Below, one piece after another: positions 21,087-35,099 of a DNA stretch of 64,000 nt. Each line of letters opens with the position of its first letter. Within the stretch, counting starts at the first letter, position 1. The stretch comes from Corallochytrium limacisporum Hawaii. Its lineage: Eukaryota > Protista > Pluriformea. The translations under genes and the position numbers were made by a program. The stretch spans positions 186,001-250,000 of the forward strand of contig PDIP01000036.1 in assembly GCA_002811645.1 (NCBI GenBank), in the 5' to 3' direction. Under the pieces are notes generated by a model. That model was not told the DNA's origin and did no database searches. It worked only from the letters and a program-made list of their open reading frames with translations.

Positions 21087-24000
21087 GGTAGCAGCAATCT
21101 ATTTTACAGGAAAGAGTTTAACAGACTGCCTGGATATCTACATGATGATCTGCTTCTGGTTCGCATCCCTATATGCAGAAGTAAGATCACAACCCAAACT
21201 CATGGGTGGATATGCTATGCCAGGGCTGGCAACACCACAGCTGTGTTTAAAACTTGGCTATTATTCGGAAGTACCTCCAAAATGATGCCGCAAGGTTCCC
21301 AGAGCACCCCGTGCAAAGTTCCCGGGTCCCCCTCCTGCGCCGTGCGTCCCCTCTCCCTCTCTCTCGCTCACAGAGTGTGCACCCTTCACTACGGGTCTCG
21401 GAGGTGGCTGGAGACCAGTAATTATATATCCGGATAGTTTTAAATAGGTATATTTTCTGTAAAACAGACTCCTGATTCAGCACTGTGAGGGACCTTATGA
21501 TGGTATTTTTTTTAAAAAAGGTATATTTAATGAACTCCGCATTGTGTGGAAGGACAAATAACTCAATGCGTACAAAGATCCGGAAGTTACAGAAGGTCAC
21601 GCAAAAATTCCAATACGCAATGGCCATCCAACCGCCATCGTCCACTTTGTACGAATTGTCTGATAGGTGCGCCCAATCCAGACCTAAACATGTGTCGTAC
21701 AAGACGAATTAAGCCATTGGCGCATGATGAAAAACGATCATCATCGTCATCCTGCAACTAGTCGTCTTTCATGACACTAAAGCAACCAAACGATCATCAT
21801 ACCCCACGCGATTGTCCATCTGTCATCACTGCCAGAATCACTGTCACCTCGCTCTTCAGCATGCTCTTCTGGTTCCTTTACATCGCTTCACGATCCGAAC
21901 TCACCAAATCCGACCAGGGGATGAAGGCCAGGACCACCGCATGCTATTCTAAACGAATCTGTTCGCATGCGATCATCCGGCTTTCGATGGACGCAAGGTA
22001 TCGTCCGGCTTTCGATGAGCTTACGTCGGAGTGCGGTATCATTGGCGTGCGCATCTCGTGCATGTGATGCCGAAAGATGCCGATCGCCAGCAGCAGCGCT
22101 CCGAAGCGGAACACTAGGGATCCGTTCTGCTAATCAATCACAGCGACGCTCGTATCGATCAGGGGGATCTTGAAAGCTGTGAACCAGTGGGACAGCCTGT
22201 GAGCGGTATATACGCTCACTATTGCAAAAGGGTCATTCATTTACTATTGCCCGATGTATGACTCGCTGAAAATACACCAACACCGTATGTGAACACAATC
22301 TTCACTGGTGGATAAATCATTTTTTCAGTACTCAATGGACTGTGGGTAGATTCCTACCCTACCCAAGCAATTCACAATGGGAGACGGAAATCCGTAATGG
22401 TTTTGAGCTCTGCTCCGTCGAGTGGGTGTATATATATATAACCATGTTTTTCTTGTTATCGCTTGCTTCATTCCAACTGGGTGCCTCCGGAGGACCTCTG
22501 CTTCAACCACTTGACTTATAAGGAAGGCGGTATGTTCACTATGGGCTCGCTCGTCTATAAATTTCGGCCCTGGTGTGCGGGCCCCACAGGGGCGTGATGG
22601 CTGCCCGCACCGGTCGTATAGGTAGGGAATCCACCTTCAGGCAAGGAGCGTGGGCTATCCGATACTTAATAAACCATTCCGACAGTACCATTGCGATCTC
22701 GTCCCCTCGATCATTTGTTTTCCTGCCAGGAAGAGAGAAACCGGCGCGGAAGCCGTGCGGGATTCTAACAGACCCACCCGCTCCCCCCCGCGGGGGAACC
22801 CAACGGAACCGCAAAACGCCACGTACTCCAGCGAATGCGAAGCAAGCAGTTCTCCGCAAAAAAAGAAAGAAAAGGCCTGACAACTACGGTTTTCTATAGC
22901 GAACATACGACAATGAAAAATTAGAATCGCAAACTGGACAAACTGAAAGCCACGAAGCCACGCAAGATCAAGGCGAGCAAGCAGATCTCGAGCACGCCAG
23001 TTCTTGTTAGTGAAAAAAGCAGGTAATGCAACCTCGATCACAAGTTCGAGCAAGCGAAAAGGGAGAAAACATGTGATTTCTAATTTTGACCAGGCTGCAC
23101 AAGTTTTATCACAGCAACAGAAGCCGTTGTGCTCATAGTGTGATTCTGCAGGTGCCTCGGATAGCATCCCCACACAGAGCATCCTAGGTCACCTGAATCC
23201 ATTCCCTGTAGCCAAACCAGTGCGACCCCCATTTCCACTCGGTCTTCAATGGTTTCTCCTACCTTTTTACTATGAACACGACGTCACATCGCTGGGCAAG
23301 AGGAAAGCGTGCTTCAAAGCCACACACGCCTCTCAGTTTATCATACTAAGCGGCCAAGATAGGACGGAGCAACATGAGAAAATATACAAGACGGTACTTG
23401 TTTGCAAACGCGGTTGTTAGTTGCTTGCATTTGCGGGTATGAGTAGAGAAGGAGATCCGCTCGCTATGACCTAATGCGTTGTTGAGCAATATAAAGGGTA
23501 CGGGAGCATGGATCGCCTTGGCAGCAGGCAAAGAATAGAAAAAATACACGTAGCCGTCAGAAATATAGCAATGGAATGCATTCTCCCTGAAGCTCGACTT
23601 TTCTGTATCGCATCGCGTATGTTTGATATATTTAGTTTCGCGTTGGCAAGTCGGGCTGCTTTGAATCCCTGCACTTCTCGTTTCCTGCTTATTCTGTTTC
23701 TCCAACTCTCTTGCTTCATTCTTGGCTCTTACACAAGATCACTTTTCGCGCGACATTGCAACGTTTGAATTGGGATGTGGGCGAGCTTGCGACTCAGCAC
23801 GTAGAAACGTACTAGTTCACTATGAACTTGAGTGAATTGTAAGGGATCAGCAACTACTCTAACCGTCATGCCTCTCTCCCGCCATAGCCAGGGAAACGTA
23901 AATAGCGCGAAACTATTGAGAAGCAATTGGCTTGTAAACCAGATTGCCCAAGCGGCCTGGTCAAACAATACCAAATGAATCATCAAACGAACAAAGGGTT

Positions 24001-27000
24001 GTATCTTGCGGTAAGCGCATCGGCTATCCGACTGCTGAGAGCTCCCCCGGAGATGACCAAGTTGAGAGTCGAAAAGTCGCGCTTCTGTTCGGATCGCCTG
24101 TGATGCTTTCATTGTCCTCAGCCGGCCGCTACTACATGAAAAAGTCAACTTCGTTGACTAAAAGGGCCAGGGGACCTCCTAACTTGCTGCTGTTAGATAA
24201 GTTGAGAGAAATTCACGCAAGGTCATATCTCCTAGTAGGAGTTTGACTCTTTCCATTACCTATGTCTTTAATTTTATATTCGAACTCAGTTTCATTTTGA
24301 AGAATTTGTGCACCCCCAATGGGCCGATGAAAATATATCCCAAATAGCGACCAAGCGGTGCGATATAGGTTATCATTGTTGCCTTTTTTTCGCCGCTGAG
24401 TATCGCATGAGGTGGCCCATATATTGCGGTAGATTAATCGGTCTCACATGGACCTTAGATGGGCCACAAGAGCATCAGTATCTCTCCTGATTGTATCGTC
24501 AGTGTATATCAGCAAAGCAGATATTTCAGTAGAGGGCATATATGGAATTAATATTGGATCAAAAAAAATTTCATTGGGATTGTACAAGAGTTTGATCCAG
24601 ACCCAGCTGGGTCCATATCCAAAGTTGGTCAACAAGAGTTGAACGAGATAGGGATTTTAAAACTGTGAATGCCAAGAGATGATGTTTTGGCAGTAGACTG
24701 TTGCCCACAGTTTCTCAATGAACAAAACCGCTAGCTACTCGCCCCGCACCCGGGGGCGTGAGTGTCCCTGGACAAAAAGGCGGCACCGACTCCCGAAGAG
24801 CCCTTTTCTCGTTGTTACATCACTCGAAACTACGGCTGCAAAGAGACTATTCCTGAGCCCTCGGGGAGTAATGACCACTACCTAATTCATGTCTAAGCCG
24901 TTGCAATCTTCCTTCCAGGAGGGGGAATCCATCATGCCGCAAAGAAATAGCCCCGCAAAACAGGAATGCAAATCTGGAAAGCGGCTGATGGTTCACCAGT
25001 GGAGACCGGTAGCAACCGCGCTAGAGAATTCACGGCGACCTAAGCTAGCGGGCCCAAAATCATAGAGAATTCCGTACGTCGTGTCGACTTAGACGATGGG
25101 CAGTTTCTGAAATGTGGAGGCGTGTGCACCCGCACCCGCCTAAACATATGATTTCGATAATTTGGGGAGGGATTCAGAAATTCGCCCAAGCAACCATGGC
25201 AGTCGGTTCCCAACCCAGCAGAGTGCAGGCCCCTCTGACACCACCGGCTGATTGATCCGTCTGAGGCGTTGCTGCTATGTCACAAAAGAAGTCTACGTCA
25301 CTTCCCGTACGGGTTCCAATACATTCAGTACTAAATGCTGCAGAGAAGTCATCGGACAGTTCTCTCGGTTGCACTTTTCAGTGAAGTTGTGCACCTCCAT
25401 ATGTCAATCAACCTGGACAGGCTGCTGGGCAATATGTGACGCAGAGGTACTAGAAAGGAAAGTGCAAAACGGGTCTTGGAAAAAATACGTGACGTCGAGC
25501 CAGCGAACGGTGGAACAACAGAAGAGACGTTGGCTCTTAGGTCTGCGAGTTTGTACCACTTTGAGCTAATATATTTGGTACTGAAATGCCTCCCAACAGG
25601 CAAGATGAGAGGAGGTGGGCGTGACAAATTTGTGCGTTCGTCAGCACAATTAGAAAAGACGCATCTTATGAAGTGATCACGATGTATATATTAAGTACTG
25701 TATTCTGCTCTTGTTGTACATAGAACCGCGCTCCTCACAGAATAAAGAAGATTATGGGCCCCGGGTAATCACATGTTTCGCTCGGTACCCTTCCATTTTC
25801 TTTGCCTCGTTTCAATTTCGCCTGTGTTCCATCCGTGATTTGCATTTCTAAACATGGATCCCGCACCGGCTCGCGATGACCAGTCTTTGCTCTCTCTTGC
25901 CTGGTGTCTCCGCTCCGCACCCCAATTAAAAGGGTCCGCTTTTCTGTAGAATGTTGTTCGGACGTGTTCTTCACCAGGTTTCTTTGAACGACAGACGGCG
26001 CGGAACCGGCGCTTGGCACTCCGCCAGAGCGCGGTGCCGGTTAACTCTCACCCGGAAGCCTTGGCCCAGGGAGAGGAAGGCAAAGACTGCTACAATTGGC
26101 TAACAGAGATGCGGACCGAACATCAATCACGCAGAGACGCTTTTCTGTTATGAAATCCAGTCCTACTGGTGCACTTTGTGTGGCTGCATGGACGGGGTCT
26201 GCCAACGCCGGTAGAGGATCTTTGTAGTTGGTGACTCCAGCGGCTCCTGATCATTTTGCATGGAGTGGCTTGAGCGAAAACCGGCCACCATTAATTGCGA
26301 CTCCATCAAGGCGAAGAAATATCAAAGTATATAGGAACGAAACCTACGTTTCTTTCTCCACCCGAAAACGATAAAGCACACTGGCGAACGGCAACAACTT
26401 CCACGGTGATGAGCTACAGATACCTGCGTAACAATCGGCCAGAGGTAGAGTTCTAACATATTTCAAGAATTTCTATATGCTCATAGCCCCGGCTTCGCTG
26501 TACCTACTTTCCCATCTATGAGCCCCGCTCACAGCGTCTCCTGTCCCTGAACACCGCATCTATGTCGCTGCCTAGGAAGTTTCATCCCATCGATACTAAA
26601 TGTATGGACGATTAAGTAGAACTTCTCAACAGAAGCGCGCCGCCGATGGTGGTTTCACGTGTTAGACGCTGTTTGGGGTACAGTGTGGTCGACCAAAAAT
26701 AGGGAAGAACAAAGATAGAGAAGGATGAAAACCGAGAGAGATGATTCCTCGACCAATTTGCCCCGCTTCAAACCCCAAAGGGCATCTCCGGCGATAACAC
26801 AACCGCAACCGAAGGAACATTCGAAAGTTTTCGCCGCTCGCTGACACCAGTCCAGCAAAAACCATATAGCGGAATTATCGTTCGTGACACTCCAAACATT
26901 CCTTCCATTTTGGTCCAAGTAATTCCTTGTAGACGTCTGTTGAAAATATTGAAGGAAAAAACACACCACAAAACGCTAGAGATATGTGCAAAGTTACAAC

Positions 27001-30000
27001 GCCCACTACCAAGTGCACCGGACTTAGGCCTATATATTCTCTATTGAAAAAAAATAGGTTCGCTACGTCTCGACCTTAGAGTTTGGGTTCGACGTGCACG
27101 CACGACGCCAAGGGAGCGTGCACACAAGATCTGCTCACGTTCGAAACGAACTTAGAAGAAAATGAATTTTCGATCGGGGCATATGCATTCATTCACTAAG
27201 AGCATCAGATTTGAAACGCCGCATGGTGAAGCTATGCAGCTCGGCTAGTACAGCGAGGGAGTGGTGCTACAAAGGCTCCCAGACCCCGAAGATTTCTTTC
27301 CGGTTTGAGTATGGTACTCAATTGATTTTGTGCGTCTCCTTAATTTCAACAGCACCTTTGTCTCGCGCTGGCTCCTTTTGAAGCCCGAATGGTGACACCA
27401 ACCGCACGCGTCCAGTTCATAGAGCAGTACAATCAGCACACATTTCGTATTGTTCGTCTTCGTCTTCCCAGCACCTCAGGCACCGCGGCTACTGCCTCCG
27501 AGGTTTTCTTGAATCAGCGATTGTCCTCTCGGTTTCACAGCCAAAGTGGTTCAAACCAGACGGGTGATGCAAAGGAAGAAGCTCGAGCTCTGAGCAAGCA
27601 GCTCCACCCGTCGGACCCCGACCGAAAGCCAGAATGCTTCAACGTCGATCAGAATTGTGTTGTACAGCGCTCAAAGTACTTCAATATGATCCCTTGCCCG
27701 TAGTCGCATTTGTCTGTTCGCGTCTGTCCACACCGTTCTCTTCGGGGATTATACAGAGTGACTATACGCAAATGAATAAGAAGGGGTGTAGACCGCATCA
27801 CACACCCACCTCCTCTTTCCTACTCGACACTCAGCCAAAACATGACCAGCGTCAACCATTGTAACACAACCAAAGTCCCTTGAATGTATGACACTTTTGT
27901 GGATTTATCACCGACTTTGGCTTCCAGCAGGTTTCTGCATGCGTCGGTCGGTATCTTAGTCACAGCAACGACGAAAACAACATGGCTTCTCCATGGTGAA
28001 ACTATTGGAAAATGGCAGCATAATCGTCCACACCTATCTCTCGAGAAAATCATAGCGTGCGAAGGAAAAGGACGAATGACGCCGGCCCCGCATGGTCACC
28101 CTACCATCGGCTAAGCAACCAGCCGTCGCAATGAACAAACCAAGTACGAACATTGAGTACCCAAATTAACGTTCATTGCGGTTCATTCCACTTCATCGAT
28201 ATTTGTATCGAGTGTGTGTCGATCTGCATACTACACACACTGCTGCACACAGGGACGCGGAATTGCAAGGAAACAGGTTGAGATTTGGATCGATCGCGAA
28301 CGCAATAATAGTGAATAGACTGACAGTCGGAGAGGTTTGCTTGCTGGCCGCCCTGTTGCAAAATTTGCGACGAGTTGTGAACGGACAAAGACAGCGGGCG
28401 TGTTCAGAACATGCCCTCGATACCCACTCCCTTCCGCGGTACTACTTACCCAAGCCTCCTTTGAGTACCGGTCCTTTGCACAAGTTTGCAAGACCAACAA
28501 TACTGCGTACTTCAGAAGAAGCCGAGTGGTGACCGCATTCGTCCAAAGCCAGAATACCAATATTCTTTCCTTTGAAGGAAGTCTTCGTTTGAACGGTTTT
28601 GCGGAGTGCCCAATCCGATTTGGATGCACCTAGAGAGGAAGTTGGTAGTGGTTCGTATGGTCTTCGGAAATTCTGTCCAGTTGCCGACCTTCCCTCCCAA
28701 AAATACACACTCCACCAAGCTGGAGACAAATTTCATCGTGTCGATCACATCAATCGCTGCCACTGGCTCACATAACCATCCTATAACTCAGAGCATGCGA
28801 AAGAACCCCACCTGTGTTGTACTAAAATGGTCACGACAGTGATTTCAGTATAGAGTGTAGAGGAGAAGAGGGATGCTCTTGTGACGGAAATCTATCCACA
28901 ATGACTGGGAGTGAAGCAGCTGCAAATGCACAGGTTGAGGTCAGCAGATTGTCAGCCCTCGATGAGGGGACGGGCCGGTTTAATACGGTCCCTCCTTGTC
29001 TGGATGGTTGGCTCCGGCCCTCTGACCCTTCAAATGTGTCCAGTGCAACACCTCTGTGTGAAAACTGCGAGCGGGGTCGAAAGGGTTGGTCTCGGGGAGT
29101 TGCTCGCCACACGACATCGCACGGGAAAGTTGTGTGTTGGTGGCTTGGATTTGTTCACCGGATGAGATGATCTTTTAAACTTCAATACTAAATAGAGGGG
29201 TCACAGCTCGGCAAATTTTGGGGTGGGAGGTGGGGGATGCGGAGAGTTGTCTGTCGTTTCTGGTCTGTGGGATCCTTGGTTGTGTCTCATCTGCTTCATT
29301 ATTGTTTCTGTGGCGTGCGCTCCATTTCTGGTCCAATACAGGGCTTGATCCTCCCGTGTAATCCAGGTGGGTGGTGAGACTGTTTTGTTTACGTGTGTAT
29401 ACGGCCAGACGATGCGTCGTAGATTGATAGACAAGGACAACCAAGGGAGGTAGTTGAGAGAAAAAATTTCTTTTGAGTCTTCCTCTTTCCGTACCCAATA
29501 CCATACACTGCGGTTGATTGTACTGCACGGGGCTCCCATCCTCCCGTGCGGGTTCGGACCATGGCAGACGCGAGGCGGGGTAGAATCGAAAAGAAAAAAA
29601 CCTTGGATGCCTATAAGTTGGTATGGAGAAAACCAAAAACAGATACTTTCAAAATATTTTGTGAAAAAAATTCTTTCTCCCACTGATAGAGACAGCCATG
29701 TTTTGACACGTTTTCGCAGTTCCAGTTTACTGCAGAGAGATAATCGAATGGATACTCCATATGTTAGTGGATGGCCTGCCGGACAGTGACCCGGCCGGAA
29801 GCTGTTCAACTGCTCCCGCCGGAAGGGAAGCATCAAAAATGACGTGGTTGGTTGCACAGCCCGCTTAATTTGATCAACATTTTTTGGGACGATGGACTGG
29901 TGGGTCCACTGCCAGTTGGACTATGTGGTAATACTTTCACGGACACCATTGGATTCGGAGGCGTGTCCCTTTTCTGTCGGTTATGATCGCGAGGTGTCTA

Positions 30001-32593
30001 ACTGACAACATTTGAACAATCCATGGTGCAGATGGTTTCAGTGTCTGTTTGAACCATGTCAAGAATCTCTATCCATTTCCATATGTCCATGCGGAACTGA
30101 CATTTCGTTGCACAAGAAAAGCGCAGCTGTAGGCCAGCAACAGACACGCATTTCAAACCTCTGTCTAAGCTCTTTCGCAGTCTCCACTTCACAACCCCTT
30201 TAGGCCTAGAGGATTGAGCCTGTTGGGATCTCGGTGGCCTCCAGAGGACAAGGGGAATGAAGGACAAGGTAAAATTAACAAAGGCGTTCGCTATCGATAA
30301 AATGATCCCTTGCGAAAGGCTTGGTGCTTTCGCTGAGTATTTGGGCGGTGACTTAGGCGGGCTTGTCATCTCTAGTGCTCCCTTCAAGTCCCATTTGAGA
30401 AACTTGTAAGCCGGTCTCGAGATCCTCCCACAGCACTAGTACCGCGTACAGCAGTCAGCACCCGGCCAGGCAGGGGTTAGACGGCAGCAAAAGAAGACGA
30501 AGAAGATTTTTTTTCTTTCACTGCCATCTCTGCTTCGTTCGGAGTGGACTGACCAACCTGAGAATGACCCCAGTAAAATATTGACAAAGAGTTAATTCCT
30601 GTGGCCTGATCCGTAAGGAGCGAATGGTTAGGAGACGACGAAGTGTTGGGCTGATCAATCGCTGGTGATGAACAAACAGAGAGGAACATGATCGTCGCAG
30701 TACGCTCCTTCTTCGACCCATTTCTGAATTGAATTCCCTGTTTTAATCCTTTGAGGACGGAGAGGAATAAATTTTTTCGAAGCCACACTGAATTCCGAAG
30801 TCGATAAGTACACTGACAATATCATCCGCAACAGGACATCACTGGGACTGTATACTGAACCTGCCGTGTTGGTCGGGAATGACATAGCATTCCGACATAA
30901 ATCACTCTTGCTCGGTGTCTCTCTATGTCGAAGTATATTTCGAGTAAATTTTTTCCAAATCCCACAAATTATATGGAATTCAACGGAGATGAAGTTTCTG
31001 AACGGTGTTACGAACAAATAGAAACCCAACATCCTTTCATCCATCGTATTCGTTTCGCCTTCTAGTGCAAAATGGAAACTGTGGTGCGCTCCTGCACTGA
31101 ACGGTAGTAACTTCTAGTACTTGGATGTGCCCTCTCGACACCAAGCATACAAAGACACCATATCAGGGCCGCACGCATGCTCTTCCAAAGACATGCCCGT
31201 ATAGCGGTAGCTTATCATGCTCCCCGACGGTGTTCATATTCACTTGTCCTGATCAAAAACGCATAAGAAGCCTATTGATATGCGCTCACCTCTCTTCCCT
31301 TTCGAAAATTCTCCCGAATCTGCGAGCGCGACACATTCTATAGGCGCAGTGACGTCCGAAGCAAAACATTGGAATGACTAAGCCTTTAAGCATTTGGTGT
31401 CCAATGTTCTACCCTGCGATGCAAACAGTGCAGCTTAATAGTATTCGATCTTCAGAAGTCGAACCTTTGTCGTTGTACAACCTTTCCCCCTTTCTGTTTG
31501 GTCACGCTGCTGGAAGCTCGTAGGTAATGAATGTATGGACAGAATTAGAAACGCAGTCGCGTTTTCTCGCCGTTGCTTTGGTGCTTTTTCTAGTCCCCCC
31601 TGGTTTGTTGTTCTTCTGGTGGCCATTGCACACTTTCAAAAGTAGCTGCTCCAAGGGTATCGGCGGGAAAATCACATGGATTACCCAGTCTTTTTCTGGG
31701 ACACGAAGGCACCAATCTAAAAAATGGCGAAGGGATAGTTTGTTGACAGATTGCGTGCTGAACCAAAGAAGTGGAAAATTTTTGTGCCACGGCACAGGAA
31801 TCCAAAAAGTGGTGAATGATACGCAGCTGGTTGCAGAGAAGGATGGTGAAGGTCTTGTAGGTCCAAAGTGGATTCATTTGCCAACCACTACGAAGTATAA
31901 GATGTGTACCGCGGTGAGTGTTGCCCCTTGTTTCTGTAGGGTGTTGGGAAGGTGGACGCATGTGCTTCCTCTCCTCTTCCTCCACTTGCGCTCGAGCAGT
32001 CCAGAAGCAAGATGGTGCAAGTCTGAAAATGTTACAGAGTTTCAGTATGGAAGAGTCTTGTAGCGCGTGTTCGTGTGGGTCGGTTTCGAAGAACCGGTAG
32101 AGGGTGGTCTGATAAGTGTTGTGCTATGTGATTGTTCTTCGCCCAAGAATGGAGAGTGGGAACGGGGCGAGAGGGAAAGGCGGAAGTCCGAGACGGAAGA
32201 GGGGAAAGGGGGCTTCTGTGAGGGTGTGGACGGGGCAAAACTGTTATAATGGGTTCTTTCGGGTTTGAAGAGCTCGAGATGTCATCAGCACTTGCAAAAG
32301 TTGGTTTGAGTGACTCTCTCGTGCGGATAGGTGGCTCTTGAGTTCCGTGTTTGTATCTAGTGCATGAAGTTTTTGTTTTGTTTTGCTTCCGTGCGTAGGA
32401 TCGGTCTATCACGAGAATACAAACAATGGACAGGTACTCAGGAGGTAGATCTCCAATTATTGTTACCACCAGTGTTCGTGTTCATCAAAGCGATAGACTA
32501 GCACACGACATTAGAGACATCAACAGCAACAACGGGAAATAGTAATGCAATTGTAAATTTTCATACAGACATAAACAGAACCCCTGATATAGA

Positions 32594-33826
32594 ATGGCTC
32601 CATCAGCACCGGAGTTAATGCCAATTCAGAGCGGCATGAGTGTAGTAAATATTAACGGAAGCTTGGCGGAGGTCTTGAATGGCCGTTACATGATCCGCGG
32701 CAAGCTCGGAGTCGGAAGCGACTCCACTGTGCTCAAGGGATATGATTTGCAGGAACAGCGTAAGGTAGCTATCAAAGTTGTTCAGAAGTCCCGGAGGAAG
32801 AACAGCTCTTTCAGCAAGCGCCTGAAACGCGAACTGCTGTTTATGCGCGTTCTGAATTCTCAGTACTTCCCTGCCCTGCATGATGTTATTGAGCACGATA
32901 AGGAATTGTATCTTATTATGGGATATGTTCGTGGAACCGAATTGTACACGAAGATCCAGCGCCAGCGTCGCATTGGGGAAAAGGAGATGCGGGAGATTTT
33001 CCGCCAGCTCGCTTGTGCTGTAGCTGAGCTCCATGCCTTCGGCATTGCCCACCGCGATATTAAGCCTGAGAATGTGCTGGTTGATAAGAAGCGCCAGGCT
33101 CATTTGATTGACTTTGGTCTGTCCAATATCTGTGGACCCAACCACATGACCACCTTCTGCGGTACTCCCAACTATATGGCCCCTGAGGTCCTGCATGGCA
33201 AGTCCTACGATGGCAAGTCTGTGGACGTCTGGTCACTGGGTGTTACCCTGTACACCGCCGTGGTCGGAGGCTTCCCCTTCGATGGTGACTCTGTTGAGGA
33301 AATCTTTGATAAGGTTGTTGAGGGTCGTTTGTACATGCCCTCATTCATCTCTCCTCAACTTTCTGACTTGATCCTGCGCATGCTGAACCGCGACAGCGCC
33401 AGCCGCCCATCCATCACTGATATCCTGAAGCACCCGTGGGTGACTGAAGGTCTGTCTGAGCCTCTCCCTGATTTCTCCGACAAGGTCAAGAACTTCGACG
33501 CTGTCTCTGATATTAGCGAGTGTGACTTTGAGATTCTTTCTCAGATGGAACAGGCTGGTATTGATATGGCTGTCCTCGAGGCCGAGCTCACTGAGAACCG
33601 GCCCAGTCATATCCGTAATCTGTACTTCCTGCTCGCCAACGGCGACAAACACAGTGCTGACCAGAAGCTCCAGGACGAGCTGAAGAAGGAGACAAAGGTC
33701 AAGAGCTCGTCTTTCTTCAGCACCGATTTCGTGTACACTTACCTGAACCGCATTGGCTTCAAGACCACCATGGATACTTTGCGGTCGGTCCTGCCTGTCA
33801 GCGCTGACAAGGAGGTTACGGCGTAG
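32594..33826 (+). CDS. CAMK-group Ser/Thr kinase, AMPK/MARK-related, with UBA-like domain
   Basis: GKLGVGS, VAIK, HRDIKPEN, DFG, TFCGTPNYMAPE, DVWSLG, HPWV. UBA-like segment ILSQMEQAGI...IRNLYFLL. Confidence 0.93.
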   Translation: MAPSAPELMPIQSGMSVVNINGSLAEVLNGRYMIRGKLGVGSDSTVLKGYDLQEQRKVAIKVVQKSRRKNSSFSKRLKRELLFMRVLNSQYFPALHDVIEHDKELYLIMGYVRGTELYTKIQRQRRIGEKEMREIFRQLACAVAELHAFGIAHRDIKPENVLVDKKRQAHLIDFGLSNICGPNHMTTFCGTPNYMAPEVLHGKSYDGKSVDVWSLGVTLYTAVVGGFPFDGDSVEEIFDKVVEGRLYMPSFISPQLSDLILRMLNRDSASRPSITDILKHPWVTEGLSEPLPDFSDKVKNFDAVSDISECDFEILSQMEQAGIDMAVLEAELTENRPSHIRNLYFLLANGDKHSADQKLQDELKKETKVKSSSFFSTDFVYTYLNRIGFKTTMDTLRSVLPVSADKEVTA

Positions 33827-35099
33827 ATTGTAGCATCCCATCACATCATATTTCCATTTCCATTTGTCCATTGCATTCAGATGCATACATTAAAGAATAG
33901 CATAGAGCATCCATGATCATCCACTTTGCCTGATCGTTTGAGCGAGGCGTATCCCTCCAGTAATATGTGCCAAAAACCGGCGCCACCAGGGTTTCTGAAA
34001 GGCTGTCCAACTCCCCGCAGGCCCTCTCATAGATAGGGAGTCTATTTTCCGGCTTGTGTGCAGAAACTTTCATGGCCTAGTACTGAATCTTTGGGAAAAT
34101 CGTTACAAGGCAATCTTCCTCGTTTTCCCACCATCGAAAATTTCTTGTAAGGGAGGGCTCAGACGAGGGGAGAACGGTCACCCCTTCCCCCGCCGGGGAG
34201 AAGGGGGGGGGGGAAGAGACGGGTAAATAAAAATCGCAAATGAGTACCTCTCACTGGGTCACCGTCAAACTGACCGCCCCCTGGGGGAGACAAGGGGGGG
34301 CTGTTTGTTGGACCCATGTGCGCTGTGTGTAGTGTGTAATTTGAAAATTGGAACCCCCTCCCACCACCTCCCGCCAGTGTCTTTTTCCACTTAACTTCAC
34401 TCATTTTTCATAGTCATTTAGGCTAATAATAGGGACAGCCTCGCAACAGCACATTGCACCAACGTGCCTATTGTGCCAACGGTGCGGGTTCTTGCTACTA
34501 CGCTAGAAGTGGACGAACCAGAGAAGAATTAATTTTCCCATCACCCAACAGTACACTTGTATGACCAGGCGATTACGATATTTAATACAGGGCTAGTTTC
34601 ACGCACAAAACATTTTGATCGGCGATCAGTAGCGGTGTATTTTGTAAGGGACACACTATACATAGAAATATTGCGCACTAACTGCGTGTCACCGTTGCCG
34701 AGCCAGCAAACGCGGGGTAACCCAGACATTTTGGGTTATAGTCAATGGATTGATTTTTTTTTCTGCGCGAGGCCGAGTTGGATTCCTACATATCTTTGGC
34801 CTTTTGCGAGATCGCCCGTGGCCATGTGCTGCATTCTGGCTACAGGGTGTCGAAAGTTGTACTTTCAAGATATTCCGCATATCAAAAAATTATTCTATTT
34901 TTATATACTTTTATTTCAGAGTTTTTGAAATTCTGGAGACCTGTATCGCAGGGGGGATCCGAACGGGACAGCCGACAGACGGGGCGGACTTTCGGAACCC
35001 GTAGTGCGGTGCGCACACGAAGGAATGGATCGCGTGGAAAGGATGAAATGTCTCTGAGGCAGAACTGATTACAAGAGTCGGAAAGAGGCTAATCCATGC

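Noticed and set aside
21972-22017. Two 18-bp direct repeats (ATC[AG]TCCGGCTTTCGATG), period 28
   Set aside because: Only two copies with a 10-nt spacer; a local duplication, not CRISPR-like or a transposon end.
30665-30727. GTGATGA...CTGA pair resembling a C/D snoRNA
   Set aside because: No recognisable rRNA guide, no terminal stem and no flanking splice signals; expected by chance.
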